Positions 26,451 through 39,629 are shown, counted from the stretch's first letter. The stretch: DNA of 64,000 nt from Sphyrna mokarran (GCA_024679065.1 JAGIQG010000040.1:682001-746000), one strand, 5' to 3'. The notes: a model not told the origin generated them from the sequence alone. Program-made: numbers and translations.

Positions 26451-28179
26451 GTCAGAGAGTCATACAGTGCAGAAAAGGCCTTTCAACCCATCGCGTCTGC
26501 ACTAACAATACTCACCAGTGAACACACGCTAACCCCATCATCTTCCAGCATTTGTCCCATATCCTTGAACGTTTTGGAGGGGGATTCTCCCCTCCTGCTC
26601 CCACGGGAATCATAGCAAGCAGGGGGGTGGGGGAGGAGGTGGTGGACTATGTGAATGTCTATTGACCTGGGGTGGGGTGGGAGGGGGCGAGGTGGGTGCA
26701 GGTGTGGGGGGTGGTGGTCTCTGGTTTTGGGGCGAGTGTTGCTGGGAATTCCCACTCATGTTGTTTCAAGTGCCCATCCAAATATTTTTGAAAGGTTGTA
26801 AGATTTCCAGTCTCCACTACCTTCCCAGGCAGTGAATTCCAGATTCCCACCACCTCCTGCGTGATTTTCTTTTTGCAAATCCCCTCTGAATCTCCTACCC
26901 ACTTACTCTAAAACTCTGCTCCCTCCTGACTGAGAGATGAAGGGGTTTGTCATATGAAGAGAGATTGAACAGTTTATTTAGAACTCTACTCTCTGGAATT
27001 TAGAAGAATGAGGGAAGATCAAATTGAGGTGTACAAGATGATAAAAGGTATGGATAAAGAAGACGTGGAGAGGACGCTTCCTCTTGTGGGACATTCTGGG
27101 ACGAAGAGGTCAGAGTCTAAGGAGAAGGGGTAACAAATTTAAAACAGAGTTGAGGAGAAACAACTTCTCCCAAAGGGTTGTGAATCTGTGGAATTCGCTA
27201 CTCCAAAGTGCAGTGGATACTGGGACAGTGAGTCAATTTAAGGAGGAGTTAGACTGATTTTTAATTGGCGATGGGTTGAAGGGTTACAGGGAGAATGCCG
27301 TAATGATTAACTCCTCAACCAGAGGAACATCTGCTCCCTACTCACCCTATCCAAACCCCTCATAATCTGATACACCTCAATCACGGCCCCCCTCAGAAAG
27401 TGATCCAAGCTTATCCAGACTCTCCTTATGGCTCAAATACTCCAGTCCCCAGCAGCATCATGGTGAACCTTCTCTGCACCCCCTCCAGTGCGTTCACATC
27501 CTTCCTATAGTGAGGTGGCCAGAACTGCACTCAGTACTCCAGCTGTGGCCTCACCAACACTCTGTACGGCTCCAACATGACCTCCTTGCTCTTCTACTCT
27601 GTACACGTCTGATAAAAGCAAGTGATGGGGGGGGCGGGGGAGTTCTATCGAAAAGGAAAATGTGGGGAATGAATTGATGAGCAGTCAGTTGAGTGATTTC
27701 TGGAGGAGGCTCAGGAAATGGTGAGGCCAATCCCGGCAATTCCTTCAGACACAAAGCTGGAAAAAGTTTCTGGATAAAGCAGCATTTGGGAGGCAGTAGA
27801 AAAGGGAAAGACTGGGAGCTGATTTGAACTGTGGATAGGATTCGATGTGTTGGGTATCAGATGGGACGTATCAGGTGGACCATTTGACACCCAGCCCCAT
27901 CTTCATTTCGGGTCACAGAGAATCCCATTGGATAAAGACAGGAAACAGACAGTGACCCAATTCCAGCAGTTTCCCTCTGCTTCCTGCATTCCATTCAAAT
28001 TACTCCCCTTAAATGTAGGTTAAATGTCAAAATACCAAACACTGAACGTTTTACCCCCTTCACCGCAGGGTTGTTATTGGGGACAGTCATTCTGAATTGG
28101 GGCAGAGTCTTTGTCTTTGAAGTGAACACAAGTCTGAGTTACTGACGGGATATTCCTTTCCTCTCTTCGAACCACTTAT

Positions 28180-28304
28180 CCTCTCGGTACCTCAAGCTGA
28201 TCCTCTCAATGAAGTTCGAAGGTGTGTGTGTGTCACTTGACAAACATAGCATCTCCTTTCTTCCAATCCGCCAGAGGGACTGTCAGGTAAGAGACTGTTT
28301 GGAA
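28180..28304 (-). pseudogene. Decayed 3' half of an IgW CH2-like exon
   Basis: Reconstructs as FQTVSYLTVPLADWKKGD(A)/YVCQVTHT/PSNFIERISLRYRE after correcting a -1 and a +2 (CA-repeat) frameshift; donor reads G|ATAAGT instead of G|GTAAGT; the 5' half is replaced by a SINE. Confidence 0.88.
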
Positions 28305-29817
28305 TATTGAATTCAAATTCCACCATCTGCTGTGGCGGGATTTGAACCCAGGTCCCCAAAACACAGGCTGTGTTTCTGGATTAATCATCTAGCCATAATA
28401 CCATTAGGATATTGCTTTCCAGGACCATATAGATTATACATGGGCTGTGGAAGGAGATTAAATGGGTGATAATCTCAGGGCAGTGTAGATTGTACATGTG
28501 ATAATGAAAATTCCACACCTCCCCTGTATCCCTGTACAGAAGTAGATGGAGAGAAACTGTTTTCATTGGTAGGAGGATTGGTAGTGACAGATGTAAGATA
28601 ATTCATAGAATAAACCCAGGTAGGCATGAGAAAGCTTTCTCAACACAGCTGGTCTGTTTACATCTGGACTGCACTGCCTGAAAGGAAGCATCTTTAAGAA
28701 ATAAGGTTGTAATTTTCAAAAGGGAATTGGCTAATTTCTTGGAAGATGGAAAATTTCCTGGGATATGTGGAATGAGTAGGGGAGTGGGACTAATTTGCTA
28801 TCTCAGATAATGCTGACACAGGTATGATGGATTGAATGGCCTTCCTCTGTCCTGTATGACTTTAAGACTCAGGGTCTTACACCGAGTTGGCGCAGAGGGT
28901 TAGGAAGGCTCTAAAATTAGACTGGAGTTAGGTTCGCTCCACGTCTATTTCTGGACATTATAGCATCATTCACCTGTTGTACTCCAACTCCAATATCCAG
29001 CTTCACTGGTTTCCATAGAACTGAATATGAGCACGTGGTATCACAGGCGTCTACATTGTTTCCTGGCCATTGTCCATTTTGGTCTGGTTTCTCACTGAGC
29101 TTTCTTTAGTCACCAGCAGAAAGAAGTGGAGTAAATAGTTTCAAAGTTCATTAGATATACAAGCAGAATTAGGCTATTTGGGCCCATTGAATCTGCTGCA
29201 CCATTCGGTTGTGACTGATGTGCTCCTCATCCCCATTTTTCTGTCTTGTCCACATAACCCTTCTAACCCATTACCAATTAAAAATCTGTCTCAACTCCTT
29301 AAATTTGCTCACTGTCCCAGCATCCACCGCACTTTGAGGTAACAAATTCCATAGACTCATAATCCTTTAGGAAAAGTTGTTTTTCCTCCAACTCTGTTTT
29401 AAATTTGCCACCCCTTATCCTAAGATGATAACCTCTTGTCCTAGAATGCCCCACAAGAGGAAACATCTTCTCCACGTCTACTTTATCCATTCTCTTATCA
29501 TCTTGTAGATCTCAATCTGATCTACCCTCATTCTTCTAAATTCCAGAGAGTAGGAACCTAAACCATTCAATCTCTCTTCACACGACAAACCCCCTCATCT
29601 CTGGAATCAAGTGAACTTCCAAAATGGATAAATGGACATAAGAATCCATTTGAATTGTGCTTTGTTGTGTTAGCAATAACACAGTTGGCTTACAGGGATG
29701 GAGTATTCATTCAGGTTCTATTTGTGACAACCTCCAACATTGGTTGCTGAAGGTTCCTATTCTAATGTCATCCCCTGATAGCAGTTTGGTTCTCAATGGT
29801 AAATACTAAGTACTAAC

Positions 29818-30138
29818 ATTCAGGTTGAAGTTTTTGGATTGCAGCTTTCACCATTGAGTTGGATTTGTAGCCCGCCTTGCAGTAGTAGACCTGATTGGTG
29901 TTCCAATCCAACGCAGAGACTTTGAGCACACTGCTCATCATGTATTTCGTGTTTTGCCCCAAAGTCGCTGGATACTTTATGATTCCAGTATTGATGTCTC
30001 CTCTGCTACTGGACCATGTCTGATTGATGTTCTCAGGCTGAAAATCCTTGACCAGACAGAGCAGGCTGATTTCATCTTGGTTGGAGCTTGCGCCACATAA
30101 AGAGTTGGAGATGAAAACCGATGGATTGACCTGGACAT
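29818..30138 (-). CDS. IgW: IgW CH1 exon (D-VQVNPSVFISNSLCGASSNQDEISLLCLVKDFQPENINQTW...DWNTNQVYYCKAGYKSNSMVKAAIQKLQPE)
   Basis: 321-nt phase 1-1 exon; acceptor catttcAG; donor T|GTTAGT; C1-set Cys/Trp/Cys and an extra N-terminal Cys for light-chain pairing; not in the ORF track because that frame lacks an early Met. Confidence 0.93.
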
Positions 30139-33100
30139 CTGAAATGTGAATAGATGTACACTGATAAGCTCAGTAAACAAATAAGACCATAAGACATTGG
30201 AGCAGAATTAGGCCACTCGGCCCATCGAGTCTGCTCCACCGTTCAATCATGCTGATATTTTTCTCATCCCCATTGCCTGACTTTTTCCCATAACCCCTGA
30301 TTCCCTTATTAATCAAGAACCTATCTCTGTCTCAAAGACACTCAATGACCTGGCCTCCATAGCCTTATGCAGCAAAGAGTTGCATAGATTCACCATCCTT
30401 TGGCTGAAGAAATTCCTCCTCATCTCTGTTTTAAAAGACCGTTCCTTTAGCCTGAGATTGTGCCCTCTGGTTCTAGTTTTTCCTCCAAGTGGAAACATCC
30501 TCTCCATGTCCACTCTATCCAGGCTTTGTGGTATCCTGTAAGTTTCAATAAGATTCCCCCCTCATCCTTCTAAACTCCAACAAGTACAAACCCAGAGTCC
30601 TCAACCATTCCTCATACGACAAGCTCTTCATTCCAGGGATCATTCTTGTGAACTTCCTCTGGATCCTTTCCAAGAGCAGCACATCCTTCCTCAGATATGA
30701 GATCCAAAACTGCTCACAATACTCAAAATGGGGTCTGACCAGAGCCTTATCCAGCCTCAGAAGTCCATCCCTGCTCTTGTATTCTAACCCTCTTGACATG
30801 AATGCTAATACTGTAGTCTCTGCCTCCATTCCTTCTTCCAAATGCGCTACAATGCATACAAGCATATAAATTTCGCGCAAGAGACCACTTGGTGCTTCCA
30901 GCCCACATTGTCATTCACTACAATCATGGCTCATATAATTATAAACTCAACTCCACATTCCAGCCTACCGTCAATCACCAGTGCCCCGTATAACTGAATC
31001 ATTACCTTTCTAACTTCATGTCCAATTTCCCCCCATAATCAAATTCTATTACTTTCCTAATTACTCACTATACCTTCAGACTAACATCTTGTGATTGATG
31101 CACAAGGCCACCAGATTGCTCTGTGTCTCACAGCTCTGCAATCTCCCATCATTGAAGTAAAATGGCCAGCTTCCACCTTCTATCTTCTTCCATCGGGAAA
31201 AAGATACAAAAGTCTGAGGTCACGTACCGACCAACTCAAGAACAGCTTCTTCCCTGCTGCTGTCAGACTTTTGAATGGATCTACCTCGCATTAAGTTGAT
31301 CTTTTCTGCACCTTAGCTGTGACTGTAACACTACATTCTGCACCCTCTCCTTTCCTTCTCTATGAATGGTATGCTTTGTCTGTATAGTGCACAAGAAGCA
31401 ATATTTTTCACTGTATGTTAATACAGATGACAAAAATAAATCAAATCAAAAAATCTTTGTATCACTGACAAATTTAGCCATCATTCCTTCAATCCCTCCA
31501 TCAAAGTCATTAAGATGAAGTAGAAAGGGTCGAGAGCTTCAAGTTTTTAGGTGTCCGGATCACCAACAACCTGTCCTGGTTCCCCCATCTCCCCACGCTG
31601 ACACTATAGTTGAAAAAGCCCCACCAACGCCTCTACTTTCTCAGAAGACTAAGGAAATTTGGCATGTCCGCTACGATTCTCACCAACTTTTACAGATGTA
31701 CTACGGAAAGCATTCTTTCTGTGGTATCACAGCTTGGGATGGCTCCTCCTCTGTCCAAGATCTCAAGGAACTAAATCACCAATCTGTCACACAAACCAAC
31801 CTCCCATCCATTGACTCTGTCTACACTTCCAGCTACATCAGCAAAGCAACCAGTATAATTAAAGACCCCAAGCACCCCGGACATTCTCTCTTCCACCTTC
31901 TTCCATTGGGGAAAAGATAGAAAAGTCTGAGGTCACTTACCAACCGACTCAAGAACAGCTTCTTCCCTGCTGCTGTCAGACTTTTGAATGGACCTACGTC
32001 ACATTAAGTTGACATTTCTCTACACCCCTAACAGTGAGTGTGACACTACATTCTGCACTCTCTTCTTTCCTTCTCTATGGACGGTATGCTTTGTCTGTAT
32101 AGCGCACAAGAAACAATATTTTTCACTGTATGTTAATACAGGCTACAATAATAAATCAAATCAAATTATATAATTTGTAGAAAGTTGAGAGCTCAGCATT
32201 GATCCCTGTGACACATCACTCACTACATTCTGCCAAACTCAAAGAACCCATTTATGCAACATTCTGTTTCCTGTTAGCTCGCCAATCTTCTGTCCATGCC
32301 AATACCCTTTTCACTAGGAGCTTTGTTTTCTACAGTGTGACATTTATCAAATCCTTCTTGACACCTAAGTACAGTACATCCACTAGCTCCCCTTTACCCA
32401 CAGGACCATGTTACTTCAAAGAGATCAAAGAACAAAGAAAATTACAGCACAGGAACTTGCCCTTCAGCCCTCCAAGCCTGCAATGACCATGCAGATCAAC
32501 TGAACTAAAACCCCCTACCCTTCTGGGGACCATATCCCTCTATTCCCATTCTATTCATGTACTTGTCAAAATGCCCATTAAAAGTCACTATTATATCTGC
32601 CTCCTACTTCCTCCAGCAATGAGTTCCAGGCACCCACCAGTGTCTTGCCTTGTACATTTCCTTTAAACCTTGGCCCTCGCATCTGAAATCTGTGCACCCC
32701 CAGTAATTGATTCTTCCAGCCTGGGAGATAACTTCTGACTATCCACTGTGTCCATGCCCCTCATAATTTTGTAGACTTCTATCAGGTCGCCCCTCAACCT
32801 CCCGTTGTTCTACTGAGAACAAACCAAGTTTCTCCAACCTCTCCTCATAGCTAATGCCCTCCATACCAGGGCAACATCCTGCTAAATCTTTTCTCCAAAG
32901 CCTCCACGTCAGTGCTGCAGCAGATGAAGACAAGCATGCCATCTGCCTTCTAGCTAGGGTGCAGAGAAAGATCAACTTAATGTGAGGTAGGTCCATTCCA
33001 AAGTCTGAGGGAAGAAGCTGCTCGTGAGTCGGTTGGTATGTGACCTCAGGCTTTTGCTTCTTTTTCTCAAAGGAAGAAGGTGAGCGAAGAGAGATTGTCT

Positions 33101-35439
33101 GGGGTGCGTGGGGTCCTTAATTACGTTGGCTGTTTCGCTGAGGAAGCCGAAAGTGTAGATAGATTCAATGAATGGGAGACTGGTTTGTGTCTTGGTGTGG
33201 GCTACATTCACCACCCTTTTGTAGTTCCTTGCGGTCTTGGGCAGAGCAGGAGCCCAGACCAAGCTGTGATACAACCAGAAAGAATGCTTTCTATGGGGCA
33301 TCTGTAAAAGTTGATGAGAGTCGTAACGGACATGCCAAATTTCCTTAGTCTTCTGAGAAAGTACTGGTGTTTGTGGGTTTTCTTAACTATAGTGTCGACA
33401 TGGTGGGGGGAACCAGGGCAGGTTGTTGGTGATCTGGACACCTAAAAACGTGAAGCTTTCAACCCTCTCTATTTCGTTCTACTTCATCTGCCATCTCTTT
33501 CATTTCCATCATTAATTCCCCAGAACCACTTTCTATCGGACTAACATTCATTTCGTTCACTCATTTCTTTTTCTATCTACTGAAATGCTTCTAATCTTTT
33601 TCTATTTCCAGCTTGCTTTTGCTCATTCTCTAATTTTTCTCTCATTAATCTGATAGCCATTCTTTGCTTATATTGTGTCCAATCTTCTGACCTATCACAA
33701 GTTTAAGCTTTTTCTTTAAGATTGATACTAAGATGCTACCGGGACTTGATGGATTGAGTTATAAGGAGAGGCTGGGATAGACAGGGACTTTTTTCTCTGG
33801 AGCGTAGGAGGCTGAGGGGTGATCTTATAGAGGTCTATAAAATAATGAGGGGCACAGATCAGCAAGATAATCAATATCTTTTCCCCCAAAGATAGGGAAG
33901 TCTAAAACTAGAGGGCATAGGTTTAAGGGGAGAGGGGAGAGATACGGAAGGGTCCAGAGGGGCAATCTTTTCACACAGAGGGTGGTGAGTGTCTGGAATG
34001 AGTTGCCAGAGGTAGTAGTAGAGGCAGGTACAATTTTAAAAAGCATTTAGGCAGTTACATGGGTAAGATGGGTATCGAGAGATTTGGGCCAAAGTCGGGC
34101 AATTGGGACTAGCAGTGGTTAAAAAGGATGCGGATGGACAAGTTGGGCCGAAGGGCCTGTTTCTATGCTGTAAACCTTTGTGACTCTATGATTTCCATTC
34201 ATCTTCTTTAACTAACCAGGGATGGTGGGCTTTCCCTTTAGAGTTCCTTTCTTGTTGGAATGTAGTTATTCTGTGCATTCTGAAATATCTCTTTAAATAT
34301 CTGTCACTGCTTCTCTGTTGACCTTAATTTAAATCGCCAGTTCACGTTAACTACGTCTGCTTTCATGCCCTCATAATTGTTCTTATTTCAGTTTAAAACA
34401 CCAGTCTTAGACTCACTGCTGTCTCCCTCAAACTGAAGGTTAAATTCAATCACATAATGGTCACTGCCACCTCATAACAACTTCACTGTTTTTAGTTGTC
34501 GAGATCATTAATAATCTGTCCTGGTTCCCTCCAAGCTGACACTATAGTTAAGAAAGCTCTACTTTCTTCTACTTTCTCAGGAGGCTAATTTGGCATGTCC
34601 GCTATAACTCTCACCAACTTTTATAGATGCCCCACAGAAAGCATTTTTCTGATTGTATCACAGCTTGGTATAGACTCCTGCTCTGCTCAAGATCACAAGA
34701 AATTACAAAGGGTTGTGAATGTAGCCCAATCCATCATGCAAACCAGCCTCCCGTCCATTGACTCTGTCTACACTTCCCGCTGCCTTGGCAAAGCAGGCAA
34801 CATAATTAGGGACACCCCCCCCCACAGACCCTGGACATTCTCTCTTCCACTGGGGAAAAGTTATAAAAGTCTGGTACACGTACCAACTGATTCAAGAAGA
34901 CCTTCTTTGATTTGATTGATTATCATCACGTGCAATAAAATATAGTGAGAAGTATTGTTTCCTGTGCCCTTTACGACAAAGCACACTGTTCATTGAGAAA
35001 GAAACGAGAGAGTGCAAAATGTAGTGTTACAGTCACAGCGAGGGGTGTAGAGAAAGATCAACTTAAAGTGAGGTGGGTCCATTCAAAAGTCTGACAGCAG
35101 CAGGGAAGAAGCTGAGCTTGAGTTGATTGGTAAGTGACTTCAGACTTTTGCATCTTTTTCCTGAAGGAAGAAGATGGAAGAGAGAATGTCCGGGGTGCGT
35201 GAGAGGTCCTTAGTTATGCTGGTTGCTTTGCTGAGGCAATGGGAAGTGTAGACAGAGTCAGTGGATGGGAGGCTGGTTTGCGTGATGGATTGGGGCTACA
35301 TTCACGTAGTTCCTTGCTTCTTCCCTGCTGTTGTCAGACTTTTGAATGGACCTACCTTGCAATAAATTGATCTTTCTCTATACCCGAGAGATGATTGCAA
35401 CATTACCTTCTGCACCCTGTCTTTCCTTCTCTTTATCGT

Positions 35440-36250
35440 AGAATCATAGAGGTTTACAGCACGGAAACAGCTTGTCCATGCCATCCTTTTATTTAAACCC
35501 CAAAACTAATCCCAATTGCCTGCATTTGGCCCATATCCCTATCTTATCCATGTAACTATCTAAATATGTTTTAAAAGATAAAATTGTACCTGCCTCTATT
35601 ACTACCTCTAGAAGCTTGTTTCAGACACTCACTACCCTCTGTGGGAAAGAATTGCCCCTCTGGACACTTTTGTATCTCCCCCCTCTCACCTTAAACCTAT
35701 GCCCTCTGGATTTAGACTCCCCTACCTTTGGGAAAAGATATTGACTATCTCGCTGATCTGTGCCCTTCATTATTTTATAGACCTCTATAAGATCACCCCT
35801 CAGCCTCCTACGCTCCAGAGAAAAAAGTCTCAGTCTGTCCAGCCTCTCCTTATAACTCAATCCATCAAGTCCCAGTAGCATCCTAGTAAATCTTTTCTGC
35901 ACTCTTTCTAGTTTAATAATATCCTTTCTATAATAGGGTGACCGGAACTGTACACAGTATTCCAAGTGTGGTCTTACCAATGTCATGTACAACTTCAACA
36001 AGACGTCCCAACTCCTGTATTCAATGTTCTGACCGATGAAACCAAGCATTGCCAAATGCCTTCTTCACCACTCTGTCCACCTGTGATTCCACTTTCAAGG
36101 AGCTATCTCTTTGTTCTGAAAATCTCCCCAACGCCCAACCATTAACTGAGTAAGTCCTGCCCTGGCTCAATCGACCAAAATGCATCAACCCACATTTGTC
36201 TAAATTAATCTCCAACTGCCATTCATTAGCCCACTGGCCCAATTGATCAA
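35440..36250 (-). mobile_element. CR1 LINE 3' fragment; related copies at 33730-34190 and 43735-44270
   Basis: ORF 35621-36055 with LVRPHLEYCVQF and LERRRLRGDLIEVYKI. Confidence 0.88.
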
Positions 36251-36654
36251 GATACACAATATGCTTTGTCTGTATAGAGCACAAGAAACAATACTTTTCA
36301 CTGTCTTCCAATAGATGCGAAAATAATAAATCAAATCAACTATGATGTTGTTAATTTCATTATTATATAGCCTGATGCCTGGATGGCTTTAGAACCTACC
36401 CTGACAAAAATATTCTACCAATTGCGCATCTTTAGCTATCTCTGCCCATCTAGTTTTCCAAACTGTATGTAAATTCAAATGCCCTGTTTTTCTCTCTGTT
36501 CCTTTCTAACAAGTTCATTTATACACCATCCTATCGTGTGGGGGTACTGTTAGGGGGTCTGTACCTCACCCCCAGAATGACTTCTTACCCTCATCATTCC
36601 TTTTCTTTACCCAAATTGCTTTCCTGAACTTAAGTCATCTCTTTCTGTTGTGAG

Positions 36655-37560
36655 AACATAAGAACTTAGGAGCAGGAGTCGGCCATTTGGCCCCTCGAGC
36701 CTGATTTGCTATTCAATAAGATCATGGCTGATCTTTTGGTGGACTCAGCTCCACTTACCCGCCCGCTCACCATAATTCTTAATTCCTTTACTGTTCAAAA
36801 ATCTATCTATCTATCCTTGTCTTAAAAACATTCAATGAGGAAGCCTCAGCTGAGCAGGGAATTCCCCAGATTCATAACCCTTTGTGTGAAGAAATTTCTC
36901 CTCAACTCAGTCCTAAATCTGCTCCCCCTTATTTTGAGGCTATCCCCCCTGGTTTTAATTTCACCCACCAGTGGAAACAACTTCCCTGCTTTGATCTTAT
37001 CTATTCCCTTCATAATCTTATGTTTCTATAAGATTTTGCCCTCATTCTTCTGAATCCCAATGAGTGTAACTGCAGTCTACTCAGTCTCTCCTCATAAGCC
37101 AACCCTCTCAACTCCCGAATCAACCGAGTGAATCTCCTCTGCACCCCCTCCAGCGCCAGTATATCCTTTCTCAAATAAAGAGACCAAAACTATATGCAGT
37201 ATTCCAGGTGTAGCCTCACCAGCACGTTATACAGATGCAACATAACCTCGCTGTTTTTAAACTCCATCCTTCTCGCAATGAAGGACAAAAATTCCATTTG
37301 CCTTCTTCATTACCTGCTGCACTTACAAACCAACTCCTTGTGATTCTTGCACAAGGACGCTCAGGTCCCTCTGCATAGCAGCATGCTGCAATTTTTTTAC
37401 CATTTAAATAAAGCCCATTTTGCTGTTATTCTGACCAAACTGGATGACCTCACATTTACCAACATCATACTCCATCTGTCAGACCCTTGCCCAGACTATT
37501 TTTATCTCTTTGCAGACTTTCAGCATCTTCTGCACACTTTGTTCTGCCACTCTTTTTAGT
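36655..37560 (-). mobile_element. CR1 LINE 3' fragment
   Basis: Degenerate ORF2 C-terminal homology and tail. Confidence 0.8.
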
Positions 37561-39213
37561 GTCATCCCACCAAAAGGTTTTACTGCATGCTTTTTGCAAA
37601 GTTCATTCACAGCGACATTGAGAAAAATTTTGCTTGGGGACATACTGAAGCCACGATTGGCTAGTCGTTAATTTAGTTGACAATGTTTTGTAACAACAAA
37701 TTAATTTTGATCAAGTACAGAAAGATAGTTTATGAATGGCATGTGGGAGAATTTCATCTCCTTAACCCCAAATGGACCATGAATCTGTACCTGTAAAAGG
37801 ATCTTGTTAACAAGATGTCCCACTTTAATACAGAATATTGTCTCCATAAAAGGAACGATCAGAGCAGTCTGAATGTTCCACTGATTTTGTAGTAAGCAAT
37901 TTTATTCCTGCCGATTGGATTTAAAATTTATTTATTAATCTCAAGTAATGCTTACATTAACATTGCAATGAAGTTTCTGTGAAATTCCCCTAGTTGCCAC
38001 ATTCAGGCACCTGTTCAGATCAATGCACCTAACCAGTATGTCTTTCAGTCTGTGGGGGGAAACCGGAGGCCCGGACATGGGGAAAATGTGCAAACTCCGT
38101 ATAGACAGTGACCTAAGCCTGGATTCAAACCCAAGTCCCTGGCGCTGTGAGTCAGCAGTGCTAACCACTGTGCCACCCATGCTATCCCTTACACTCATGA
38201 CAATTTTTAATTATCGAGATTATAAATTTACAAGAAATTTCATCAAATGTTTTAATCCAATAATTGCAAACATTGAAACAGTCCACAGAAAAATCTGGTG
38301 CCAATAAATTTAAAATTAATTGATCTGCTACTGTTATTCTCTCAAGAAAGGTTCAACCACACAGAACCCTTCCAGTTCTGGGCTCTCAACCCATGAGTTC
38401 AAAGTTAAGCTGAGATCTCAGAGGCAGAAGATGATTTAAACTCTGTTTAAAACTCATAAATCACAGATAGTTTAACAGTTATTGTCAAAGCACAAATCAC
38501 ATCCTGTCTCAATAAGACAATCCTATTCCACACACAGTCTGATCCCTGTCTGTCTGGGTAGCTCACTGTTTTATGCTAAGCTTACTGGAATGAAGTATTT
38601 TTTATAAACATAAGTCTCTGTTTCTCACTCTGTGTGAACCATTTCCCCTCCACAATCACTAAATTATCAACTGGAACATACAACTTATTCTTTATACTCC
38701 TAAAAATTGTTTCAGCAATGTTTGAACTGCAATAAATAGTAATTCAAAATCACTCTGACATCAACAATTAAATCATGAGACAATTGTATGAAATATTTGA
38801 ATTCAGATTCCGAATACAAAATCAAAATACAAAATCCAAACCCACCTGCAAATATCCTAACATGCAAAATCACCAAACCTGCCCCAACATAATGTCCAGA
38901 AAACTATAATCTGAATCAAGCGGAACACACTAAACAGATCCGAAAATCGTTACTTGATTTTGAAAGTTGATTCTGTGGAGTTAAACCTTAACCCTTGAGT
39001 GTAAATCCAGTTATCAGATTTCAGCTCCAATTACTGGGTATGTTCTTGTCTCTACAGAAATCCAGCTCTCTCAGAGAGAAACATTTAATTATTCCAAATA
39101 CCTCACTGATTTCAGATAAATCACACATTACAGCTGAACGATCAAATTCACCAATAACACAAATTAAAGAAAATAAATATTAGATAAGGAAGGAATTGAG
39201 AAATTTGTCTTAC

Positions 39214-39252
39214 CTGAAATCACTTTCACCATGGTTCCACTCCCCCAGTAGT
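39214..39252 (-). CDS. IgW: JH segment (YWGSGTMVKVIS)
   Basis: WGxG motif; phase-1 donor G|GTAAGA at 39213; preceded by a 23-RSS. Confidence 0.96.
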
Positions 39253-39291
39253 CACTGTGCTCTGTCTCCTCATTCACCCAATACAATAACT
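39253..39291 (+). other. JH recombination signal sequence, 23-bp spacer
   Basis: Plus strand CACTGTG - 23 nt - ACAATAACT. Confidence 0.93.
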
Positions 39292-39629
39292 GAACTTGTC
39301 CACAATATGTAATAATCTCAGGGTAATTAAACTTAAACCATGTTTTAACCCGGAGCAGTAGTTTGCTGCATTTGACTCTGAAATTCCATCCTAATCCTGT
39401 TCCAAATGTATGAACAAATGAATTATTTTTGCAGTTTTACTGTCTGCGAACACCAGCTCCTGCATTTTACCAAGAAACAGAATCGCCTCCTTTTTGTCTT
39501 TTATTTTCCCAGAAATCCACATTTTCCTCCGATAATCTGAGTCAGTGCTGAGATATTTCACTCTGGGAAGCAGGAATGTGGAATCCATGGACACAGACTC
39601 TGATACACGCGGTCATTTCTACAGGAGGA

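Noticed and set aside
20483-28179. Hidden intact CH3/CH4 exons
   Set aside because: Manual reading of the non-repeat islands on the minus strand found no Cys-Trp-Cys C1-set pattern; a tblastn search is still needed to exclude highly diverged remnants.
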